DNA from: a virus
Taxonomy: Duplodnaviria > Caudoviricetes
IMG/VR virus record: IMGVR_UViG_3300025640_000898
Location: 1-43,535 of that record
Reading direction: 5' to 3' (one strand)
DNA: 43,535 bases
Shown: one piece after another, positions 7,949 to 15,330 of the stretch
How positions within the stretch are numbered: position 1 is the first letter of the stretch
Layout of the letters: each line of letters opens with the position of its first letter
Translations under genes and position numbers: made by a program
Notes under the pieces: generated by a model
The model's database searches: none
Told to the model about the DNA's origin: nothing
What the model saw: only the letters and a program-made list of their open reading frames with translations

Positions 7949-8042
7949 CGATTCCTCTAGTCGATGAAAAGTGAGCATGAGTAAGCTCCGCTTAGGGAAA
8001 TACAGTTATACTCCGAGGTTGTTCGCTCGTTAAAACGAACAG
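7949..8042 (+). ncRNA. Putative guide/scaffold RNA unit 5 (variable AATACAGT, 7999-8006)
   Basis: Repeat unit; loop TCC. Followed by a T tract instead of the linker. Confidence 0.6.
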
Positions 8043-8052
8043 TCTTTTTTTT
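8018..8052 (+). terminator. Probable intrinsic terminator ending the array transcript
   Basis: The last unit's 3' hairpin (GTTGTTCG...CGAACAG) is followed by TCTTTTTTTT. Confidence 0.65.
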
Positions 8053-8067
8053 GGCACGATTATAGCA
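8052..8067 (+). promoter_or_regulatory. sigma54-like -24/-12 promoter upstream of hsp20
   Basis: TGGCACG-ATTA-TAGCA vs consensus TGGCACG-N4-TTGCW. GG-N10-GC spacing is exact. Confidence 0.6.
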
Positions 8068-8155
8068 AATATAATATTGTAAATTCAATAATGCAGTCGT
8101 TATTGAGACAAATTTACACATTACACACAAACAACAATTAAAACAAGGAGACAAC

Positions 8156-8551
8156 ATGTCATACTATATCAAAAACAATAATTCTTTACATTCTTTCTTA
8201 GATACTATATTAGACGAGTTATACTATGAAGATTTAAAACCTCAAAGAAAATCTAACATTATAAAAGAAGAAGGCTTCACAACTATACAAATCGAAGCAA
8301 TAGGATTAAACAAAAAAGATATCGATATACAAACAAAAGAAAATATACTACATGTATCATACGAGAATAAAATAAAAGATGATACCAAATACTCACAACA
8401 ACAAATATCCTTCGATTCGTTCGAAAATAAATATAAACTACAAAACGATATGGATGCAAAAAATATATCCGCAACAATGAATAATGGATTATTGAATATA
8501 AAAATCCCTAATATTAAAAATAAAACAAGCTCAAGAATAAAAATAACTTGA
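8156..8551 (+). CDS. Small heat-shock protein (Hsp20/alpha-crystallin)
   Basis: IEAIGLNKKDIDI, SFENKYKL, ISATMNNGLLNIKIP, C-terminal IKI motif. SD AAGGAG upstream. Confidence 0.9.
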   Translation: MSYYIKNNNSLHSFLDTILDELYYEDLKPQRKSNIIKEEGFTTIQIEAIGLNKKDIDIQTKENILHVSYENKIKDDTKYSQQQISFDSFENKYKLQNDMDAKNISATMNNGLLNIKIPNIKNKTSSRIKIT

Positions 8552-8576
8552 CATTTATACAAAAATGTATTATTAT
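8548..8576 (+). promoter_or_regulatory. sigma70-type promoter
   Basis: TTGACA-N17-TATTAT upstream of ATG 8593. Confidence 0.7.
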
Positions 8577-8592
8577 AGGCCTCTTTAATATT

Positions 8593-9246
8593 ATGAAGAA
8601 AACAAAATTAATCATTACCGCCCTTTTAGGGCTCTTTATTAACGCAGCATCAGCAGAAACTTACTCTCTGGGCACAAAATACGCTTCCGATTATTTCTTC
8701 CGAGGATCCCTAATGGCCCAAGAGTCTATTCAGGCAGATCTAGGAGTGAATGGAAAAGTTTTTGGCCTGGATTATTCTGCCAATGCATTCACAAATCAAT
8801 CGGTAGACTCGGGGGTAGACACTTATATTCTCGACGCAGGCTTATCGAGAAACTTGTTTGGCGATCTGCTGAATGCCTATGTAGGCATTGGTCACGTAGA
8901 GAATGTTTCAGGAGAAGCCTTAATGGAGGCGAACGTTCGAGTGAGTATCGAAACTTTACTATCTCCAAGCGTTTCCTTCTTTAGGAACTTGGACAAATCT
9001 CTATACACCTCAGAGCTATCCTTGTCTCACAACTTCGATCTGGACTTCGCTTCATTGGCTATTCTAGGTTCTATCGCAAGCTCTGAGATAACAACCTCGA
9101 ACAGCGAGACCTATTATTCGTTAGGCGCAAACACCTCAAGATCTATTGGAGAAAAATCTGAAATCTCCTTTGGGGCCAAAAGGGTTGACTCGGACCTAAT
9201 TAAAGCTGAATATATTTTCGCCTTAGGAGTTTCAACACAATTCTAA
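8593..9246 (+). CDS. Outer-membrane beta-barrel protein (TorF/TIGR02001-like putative porin)
   Basis: Signal peptide MKKTKLIITALLGLFINAASA, ASDYFFRG motif, alternating beta pattern, terminal Phe (GVSTQF). Start re-assigned to ATG 8593. Confidence 0.7.
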   Translation: MKKTKLIITALLGLFINAASAETYSLGTKYASDYFFRGSLMAQESIQADLGVNGKVFGLDYSANAFTNQSVDSGVDTYILDAGLSRNLFGDLLNAYVGIGHVENVSGEALMEANVRVSIETLLSPSVSFFRNLDKSLYTSELSLSHNFDLDFASLAILGSIASSEITTSNSETYYSLGANTSRSIGEKSEISFGAKRVDSDLIKAEYIFALGVSTQF

Positions 9247-9255
9247 TATCAACTT

Positions 9256-9495
9256 ATGAAAAATACAATCGATACGATTAAATCATATGCAGGAGGCGTC
9301 ACAAGCGTTCTTCTGTCAATAATCGGCCTCTTGGTCGTAGCTCAAGTCGTCTTTGGCGAAGGAGCTCCTATTAACGTAATCGGCAATCTTCAAGATGTCG
9401 TAACTGGATTTGTCGGGCAAGGTGCCTCCTTAGCGGGAATCATCACCTTGTTGCTATTGGTTGCTCTATTGAGGCCAAGCTCTGATAAAGGCTAG
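9256..9495 (+). CDS. Small two-TM membrane protein
   Basis: Two hydrophobic segments flanking FGEGAPINVIGNL. Co-transcribed with the porin up to the terminator at 9520. Confidence 0.75.
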   Translation: MKNTIDTIKSYAGGVTSVLLSIIGLLVVAQVVFGEGAPINVIGNLQDVVTGFVGQGASLAGIITLLLLVALLRPSSDKG

Positions 9496-9519
9496 TAAAT
9501 AATCTACCCCAAAACAATC

Positions 9520-9543
9520 AAGCCGCCCTCGGGCGGCTTTTTT
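9520..9543 (+). terminator. Rho-independent terminator
   Basis: AAGCCGCCC-tc-GGGCGGCTT followed by a T run. Confidence 0.85.
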
Positions 9544-9627
9544 GTGTCCTGACAACTTACTCTGATTTTATTGTGTATTTAATGTTCCATCGTTGCTAAA
9601 AAGTTACTTACACAGGCTAGTTTTAAA

Positions 9628-9656
9628 TTGACATATGCCCATTTAAATGGTATTAT
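9628..9656 (+). promoter_or_regulatory. sigma70-type promoter of nrdA
   Basis: TTGACA-N17-TATTAT with extended TG. Confidence 0.7.
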
Positions 9657-9669
9657 TATAAAATAAAAT

Positions 9670-12087
9670 ATGAACATAAACGTAAAAAAACGAAACGGTA
9701 GACTTCAGCCTTTTTTGGTAGAAAAAATTAACGCAAATGTAGAAAGAGCATGTAAAGAAATCGAGGACACTTCCGTCAGTGAAGTTCTTCTTGATGCTCA
9801 ATTGCAATTGTTCGACAAAATAACAACGAGTCAAATAGATACAGCTCTAATTCTTTCTGCTAGAGAGAAAATAGAAAAAGAACCAAATTACAGCTTTGTT
9901 GCTGCGAGATTATTGCTAAACACTGTATATAAAGAAGTTTTCAAAGAGGGAGTTGATTCGGACACTTTTAAACTTCAATACAGAAAAAGCTTTATACAAA
10001 ATATAAAAAAGCTAGTAAAACTAGAAAAGCTCAACCCAAAAATGCTTGAATTCGATCTCGCAAAATTATCCGAAGCTTTAAGAATAAGGAGGGACGAGTC
10101 TTTTAAATACTTAGGTATTCAAATTCTAACCGATAGGTATTTCATTAGGCACGACGATAAAATCATGGAGGCTCCTCAATGTTTCTGGATGAGGGTTGCC
10201 ATGGGGTTATCTCTAAACGAAGAAAACAAAGAAGAAAGTGCGATCAAAATATATGACATGTTTAGTCAGTTTTTGTATACTTCTTCTACCCCGACTCTTT
10301 TTAATAGCGGGACTACTCATTCTCAATTAAGCTCTTGCTATCTCAACACTTTTGACGACAGTATCGACGGCATTTTTGATGGAGCGTGGCAAGAAGCTAG
10401 AAAATCTAAGTTTGCAGGCGGTTTGGGGTTTGATGTAACTCCGTTCAGGTCTTCAGGTTCTCACATTAAAGGTACAAACGGAATATCTGGAGGTCTAATA
10501 CCTTGGCTTAAAATCTACAACGACCTTCTCGTTGCGGTAAATCAAGGAGGAAAAAGGCCTGGAGCAGGGTGCGCCTATCTTGAACCTTGGCACTTAGATT
10601 ACGAGGATTTCCTTAACTTAAGAAGGAACACTGGAGACGATCGGCTGCGCTGCCACGACATGAACACTGCGTCTTGGATTCCTGATGAATTTATGAGAAG
10701 AGTAAAAAACGAAGATGTTTGGTACTTTTTTGATCCGTCCGAGGCCGATTTGCACGACTGCTTCGGAGCTGAATTTGACAAAAAGTACAACCAGCTATGT
10801 AATCAAGCAGAAGAAGGTTTAATAAAAAATTATAGAATAACTACTGCAAAAGAACTTTGGAAAAAAATGCTTAAAGTCTTATTTGAAACCTCTCACCCAT
10901 GGAACACATTTAAAGACCCCTGTAATATACGCTACACAAATCAACACGAAGGAGTCGTTCACAGTAGCAACCTCTGTACAGAAATAACGCTCCACACAAA
11001 GGCCTCGAAGTACGACAAAGGCGAAAAGACAGAAATAGGAGAAACAGCGGTCTGCAATCTTGGATCAATCAATATCCTTAATCATATGAAAGAAGATGAT
11101 ACGATTGACTATGACAAGCTAAAGAATACAATTCACACTGCGATTAGAGCTTTAGACAACGTGATAGACTTAAACTTCTACCCAACAAAAGAAGCGAGCA
11201 ATTCCAACTTGAAAAACAGGCCTATTGGGCTGGGAATGATGGCCTTGCACGATGTACTGCATAGAATGAATATAAACATTGATAGCGATGAAGCTGTTAA
11301 ATTCAATGACGAATTGTTTGAATTCTATTCTTACCACTCTATTTTTGCCAGCTCCCAACTCGCTAAAGAAAAAGGTTCCTACAAAACTTACAAAGGGTCA
11401 CTGTGGAGCCAGAATAAACTGCCAATCGATTCTTATGCAGATTTAATGAAATACAAGGGCAAGAAACCAAACCTCGAATCCTCTCTGGATTGGAGCGAGG
11501 TCAGGAACCACATCAGCGAGCACGGCATGAGAAATTCAAATGTGATGGCTATTGCCCCTACGGCAACAATCGGCTATATAAACGGAGTTGAACAAAGCGT
11601 TGAGCCAAATTTCTCTGTATTATTTGTTTATGAAAATAAAAGCGGAAACTTTTACATCACTAATCAGCATTTTATAAATGATATGAAAAAAGAAGGGTTA
11701 TGGAATTCTAATACCGCAAAACTAATTAAAGATGCCGACGGAGATCTTTCTGTATTAAATGGAGACATCCCTTCATGGATAAAGTTAAAATATAAAACGG
11801 CATTTGATAGAGATATGTTCAAGCTGATAGACTGCAATGCAGTCAGGCAAAAATGGATCGATCAGGCCATAAGCTTTAATTTGTACAATAAAGAAACATC
11901 CTTGAAATATTTAAATGATGTATATATGTCTTGCTGGGAAGCTGGATTAAAAACAACATACTACCTAAGAAATAGGGCTGCATCTAAAGTTGAAAAATCA
12001 ACATCAGAATCAGACAAAGGAGAAGAAGCCTCGGCTTGCAGCATTGAAGCTGTGAAAAACGGGGGGTCTTGCGAGAGTTGTCAATAA
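9670..12087 (+). CDS. nrdA: Ribonucleotide reductase class I alpha subunit with ATP cone
   Basis: VKKRNG ATP cone, TPTLFNSG, QLSSC, NQGGKRPGA, SSNLCTEI, APTAT, GLKTTYYLR, C-terminal CESC. Confidence 0.97.
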   Translation: MNINVKKRNGRLQPFLVEKINANVERACKEIEDTSVSEVLLDAQLQLFDKITTSQIDTALILSAREKIEKEPNYSFVAARLLLNTVYKEVFKEGVDSDTFKLQYRKSFIQNIKKLVKLEKLNPKMLEFDLAKLSEALRIRRDESFKYLGIQILTDRYFIRHDDKIMEAPQCFWMRVAMGLSLNEENKEESAIKIYDMFSQFLYTSSTPTLFNSGTTHSQLSSCYLNTFDDSIDGIFDGAWQEARKSKFAGGLGFDVTPFRSSGSHIKGTNGISGGLIPWLKIYNDLLVAVNQGGKRPGAGCAYLEPWHLDYEDFLNLRRNTGDDRLRCHDMNTASWIPDEFMRRVKNEDVWYFFDPSEADLHDCFGAEFDKKYNQLCNQAEEGLIKNYRITTAKELWKKMLKVLFETSHPWNTFKDPCNIRYTNQHEGVVHSSNLCTEITLHTKASKYDKGEKTEIGETAVCNLGSINILNHMKEDDTIDYDKLKNTIHTAIRALDNVIDLNFYPTKEASNSNLKNRPIGLGMMALHDVLHRMNINIDSDEAVKFNDELFEFYSYHSIFASSQLAKEKGSYKTYKGSLWSQNKLPIDSYADLMKYKGKKPNLESSLDWSEVRNHISEHGMRNSNVMAIAPTATIGYINGVEQSVEPNFSVLFVYENKSGNFYITNQHFINDMKKEGLWNSNTAKLIKDADGDLSVLNGDIPSWIKLKYKTAFDRDMFKLIDCNAVRQKWIDQAISFNLYNKETSLKYLNDVYMSCWEAGLKTTYYLRNRAASKVEKSTSESDKGEEASACSIEAVKNGGSCESCQ

Positions 12088-12103
12088 TTGATCCATTTTT
12101 GGG

Positions 12104-12132
12104 TTGACTTCGTTATCAATGTATGATATATT
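12104..12132 (+). promoter_or_regulatory. sigma70-type promoter of nrdB (leaderless)
   Basis: TTGACT-N17-TATATT; ATG 6 nt downstream. Confidence 0.55.
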
Positions 12133-12138
12133 ATAATT

Positions 12139-13152
12139 ATGGAAGATAAAACTGGAAAACTATTAACTGAAGATGTAGCAGGCGTAAACAGAATATTGCC
12201 CCACAAGCATAAATACGCATGGGACTTATTTCTAAAAAGCTGCGCAAACAATTGGATGCCAACAGAAATCTCAATGCAAAACGACATTAAACAATGGAAG
12301 AATAATGAAATTACAGAAGATGAAAAATTACTTGTTAAACGCTGCCTTGGGTTTTTTGCTGGATCTGAGTCTCTGGTCGGTAATAATCTTTTGTTATCTG
12401 CCTTTCGCTATGTTACGGACGCTGAGTGCCGTCAGTACATCCTTCGTCAAGCGTTCGAAGAAAGCCTTCACAACCTCACGGTAGTTTATATTTGTGATAG
12501 CCTTGACCTAGATATAGAGGAAGTGTTCAACGCTTACGAAACGATTCCCAGCATAAAAGCCAAGGATGATTTCTTGATGCAAATAACCAATGATATTAGT
12601 GCTCAAGATTTTGACGCAAACTCAACAAAGGGAAAGCAAGAAATATTAAGAAACTTCTTAACGTATTGGATAGTGTGCGAAGGAACATTCTTTTTTAGCG
12701 GCTTCGCAATGCTTCTTGCTCTAGGAAGGCAAAATAAACTTCAAGGCATCTCCGATCAAATTAAATACACCCTCAGGGACGAGAGCTCTCACATTGCATT
12801 TGGAACTTACTTAATTAATACAATTATAGAGCAAGAGCCTGAAGTTTGGACCAAGGAAATGCAGGATGAATTTGTCGAACACATGAAAAAAGCTGTGGAG
12901 CTCGAGATAGCTTATGCTCACGACGTGCTTCCTACTGGAATTCTAGGTTTAAATGCGGATATGTTTGTGGATTATATGCACTATATTGGCAATCGCAGGC
13001 TAGAGGCTATAGGGCTAGACTATAGATTTCCAAGCGACAAAAACCCATTCCCCTGGTTGGGAGAAGTGGTCGATGTTCAGGCAATGGGAAACTTCTTTGA
13101 GAGAAGAGTAAGGGAATATCAACAAAGCGGATCCCTTGAGGACGACTTCTAA
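12139..13152 (+). CDS. nrdB: Ribonucleotide reductase beta subunit, class Ic (R2c, Mn/Fe)-like
   Basis: WMPTEI, FFAGSE77SLVGNN, EE108SLH111NLTV115, CEGTFF, RDESSH, NFFERRVREY. First ligand is Glu and the radical-Tyr position is Val. Confidence 0.93.
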   Translation: MEDKTGKLLTEDVAGVNRILPHKHKYAWDLFLKSCANNWMPTEISMQNDIKQWKNNEITEDEKLLVKRCLGFFAGSESLVGNNLLLSAFRYVTDAECRQYILRQAFEESLHNLTVVYICDSLDLDIEEVFNAYETIPSIKAKDDFLMQITNDISAQDFDANSTKGKQEILRNFLTYWIVCEGTFFFSGFAMLLALGRQNKLQGISDQIKYTLRDESSHIAFGTYLINTIIEQEPEVWTKEMQDEFVEHMKKAVELEIAYAHDVLPTGILGLNADMFVDYMHYIGNRRLEAIGLDYRFPSDKNPFPWLGEVVDVQAMGNFFERRVREYQQSGSLEDDF

Positions 13153-13184
13153 TGTAAAAGTTTTAATTTGGTGTAAATAGTATT

Positions 13185-15329
13185 ATGAATAAGTTAATAA
13201 TTATTACACTTTTATCAATACTGTCATCAATATCATCCTTCTCTTCAATTAATAGAGATTTTTACTCAAAGAATAAGCAAAAAATAAATGGATCAATAGT
13301 AAAATACTTCGACAATGGAGATGTCTTACTAGAAAGATCAAATGACAAACAATTGTTCAGAATAAAACTAGATATATTCACAGAAGATGATCAAGCTTTC
13401 GTAAAAAACAATTTTCCACCCAATCATGAATCTCTACCCACATTCAAAAAACCTCTTTCAGATAAAGATTTAAAAATTAATTCAGAATTTATAGATAAAA
13501 TTATCGAATCGAAACTCAGGTCTTATGGAGAAAGGCCTAATAAAGAAATCTCTAACGAGACTTTTCTTCGAAGAGCCTACCTGAAGATTATTGGAAGGAT
13601 ACCCACCTTAAAAGAAGCTCAGGATTTTCTTGGAAACAGGGATAAAAAATCCAGAACTCAACTAATTGATAAACTTTTAAACTCGGAAGGGTACAATAAA
13701 AATTGGTATATCTATTGGGCCGATATACTCCGAGCGAAAACTCGAGTAGGAAATCAAGGTTCAGATGGGTATCCGTTTATAAAATACATAAAAGATTCCA
13801 TTTCCTCGAATAAGCCTTACGATATTTGGGTTAAGGAAATGCTTTCTTCTACAGGCCCTATGTGGGAAATAAATAACGGGGCTGTTGGCTATTTTTACCG
13901 CGACCAAGGCATGGGGTTAGACAACATGTCGAATACGGTTCGTGTGTTTCTCGGCACAAGCTTGGAGTGCGCTCAATGCCACGATCACCCCTTCGACCGC
14001 TGGACACAAAAACAGTTCTACGAAATGGCTGCATTTACCAATGGAGCAGAAAGAATGAAAAGAAAAGATGAAGAGCTTAATAAACTTTCAAAACTCATAA
14101 GAGCCTTACAGAAAGAAAACCCAGAAGACAGAAATAAAATTCGAAGAGCTTTCCTTCCAGTGCAAAACTTACTGTCCCCAGGTCTAGACGACTTAGGTAA
14201 AGGGTCGATTTCCCTACCCAAGGATTACCAATACGACAACGCAAAACCTGGGCAAAAATTAAAAGCTAAAACTATTTTTGGCTTAGCCGTAGAATTAGAT
14301 GAAAACCTCAAACAAAAAGGTTCCCGCGCTTCTTATGCTAGTTGGTTAGCGTCTGCTACTAACCCTAGGTTTTCAACTGTAATAGCGAATCGGCTGTGGA
14401 AATCTGCTTTTGGATATGGTTTAATAGAGCCTGTGGATAATATATATGATGACACGCTACCGGTTCATCCAGAAATGATGCTTCATTTAGAAAAGTTGAT
14501 GGTCGCCTTAGACTTTGACACAAAAGAATTTTTAAGAATTATTTATAATACAAAAGCTTTCCAAAGAGAGGTTCCAATAGGGGATATAACCCCTAGAGAC
14601 TCAAAAGATGACTCGCTACCTCCAGAGGTAAAGTGGGTAATATCTAAAACTCAAGGAAATAAACCTTACTTCTATCAAGGCCCCGTAATGCAAAGAATGA
14701 GCGCTGAGCAAATTTGGGATTCATTAGTGACTCTAAATTTTTACGATTTAGACAATAGAATTAATTCTCGAGCTCCTGAAGAAGGTTTTGAGGAATACCT
14801 TAGATACAAAGAGATGACGGCTGAAGAAATATTTCAAGAAATCGCGCCCAAACTTAAACAGCAAGAAGCTATCTCTATGACACCAATGAAAAAACAAGAG
14901 TCAAACAGCGAGACGAGCCCTAAACGAAAAGGCTTTTTAACTCGCGATATAAACTCCCTAAGAGCTTCTGAGGTTGGGGATCCTGCGCCCAGAGGGCATA
15001 TGATTTTACAGTTCGGAGGGTCTCCTCGTGACCAAATCCAAGTATCTCATAAGGAAGCGGCAGTCAATCAAGTACTGGCTTTAATCAATGGCTATGTCGA
15101 AAAGAATATTATTAATAATAAAAAGTCCGCCACCCTCAGTGAAATCCTCGAAGCTTCAAGCATGGAGGAAAGGATTAATTTATCATTTCTTGCCATTTTA
15201 CAAAGAAAACCTAATTCTAAAGAACTGAAAGATTTTAAAGAAACAATTAAAAAACTAAACACCAAGGATTACCATAAGGACATAGTTTGGGCTCTAATAA
15301 ATAGTCACGAATTTATGTTTGTTAAATAA
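13185..15329 (+). CDS. DUF1549/DUF1553 (planctomycete cytochrome-like PSCyt2/PSD1) exported protein
   Basis: Signal peptide; FLRRAYLKIIGRIPT, FLGTSLECAQCHDHPFDRWTQKQFY, ANRLWKSAFGYGLIEPVD, DIVWALINSHEF. GTGTA motif at 13171. Confidence 0.9.
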   Translation: MNKLIIITLLSILSSISSFSSINRDFYSKNKQKINGSIVKYFDNGDVLLERSNDKQLFRIKLDIFTEDDQAFVKNNFPPNHESLPTFKKPLSDKDLKINSEFIDKIIESKLRSYGERPNKEISNETFLRRAYLKIIGRIPTLKEAQDFLGNRDKKSRTQLIDKLLNSEGYNKNWYIYWADILRAKTRVGNQGSDGYPFIKYIKDSISSNKPYDIWVKEMLSSTGPMWEINNGAVGYFYRDQGMGLDNMSNTVRVFLGTSLECAQCHDHPFDRWTQKQFYEMAAFTNGAERMKRKDEELNKLSKLIRALQKENPEDRNKIRRAFLPVQNLLSPGLDDLGKGSISLPKDYQYDNAKPGQKLKAKTIFGLAVELDENLKQKGSRASYASWLASATNPRFSTVIANRLWKSAFGYGLIEPVDNIYDDTLPVHPEMMLHLEKLMVALDFDTKEFLRIIYNTKAFQREVPIGDITPRDSKDDSLPPEVKWVISKTQGNKPYFYQGPVMQRMSAEQIWDSLVTLNFYDLDNRINSRAPEEGFEEYLRYKEMTAEEIFQEIAPKLKQQEAISMTPMKKQESNSETSPKRKGFLTRDINSLRASEVGDPAPRGHMILQFGGSPRDQIQVSHKEAAVNQVLALINGYVEKNIINNKKSATLSEILEASSMEERINLSFLAILQRKPNSKELKDFKETIKKLNTKDYHKDIVWALINSHEFMFVK

Positions 15330-15330
15330 A

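Larger units (their letters stand above)
7536..8042 (+). repeat. Tandem array of five 103-104-nt structured repeats, each with an internal 8-9-nt variable segment (non-canonical CRISPR-like/guide-RNA array)
   Basis: Units start at 7536, 7640, 7743, 7846, 7949. Consensus CGATTCCTCTAGTCGATGAAAAGTGAGCATGAGTAAGCTACGCTTAGGGA-[var]-TATACTCCGAGGTTGTTCGCTCGTTAAAACGAACAG, with linker CAATTTAAT. var = AACTCTCTC, AATAAAAA, CATATGCA, AATCGTCT, AATACAGT. Confidence 0.97.

Noticed and set aside
7536-8042. Canonical CRISPR array
   Set aside because: The constant part is ~95 nt and the variable part only 8-9 nt, and there is no cas1/cas2/cas4 adjacent. Reported as a non-canonical array instead.
6103-8042. 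Active IS200/IS605 or IS607 element
   Set aside because: No TnpA or serine recombinase and no recognisable IS ends; the cassette has its own promoter and terminators.
7957-8157. 66-aa minus-strand ORF over the array end
   Set aside because: TTG start, antisense to the repeat, terminator and promoter; no protein features.
8340-8349. AAAATATACT in hsp20 as a self-target of unit 2
   Set aside because: A 10-nt AT-rich match is not significant in this genome.
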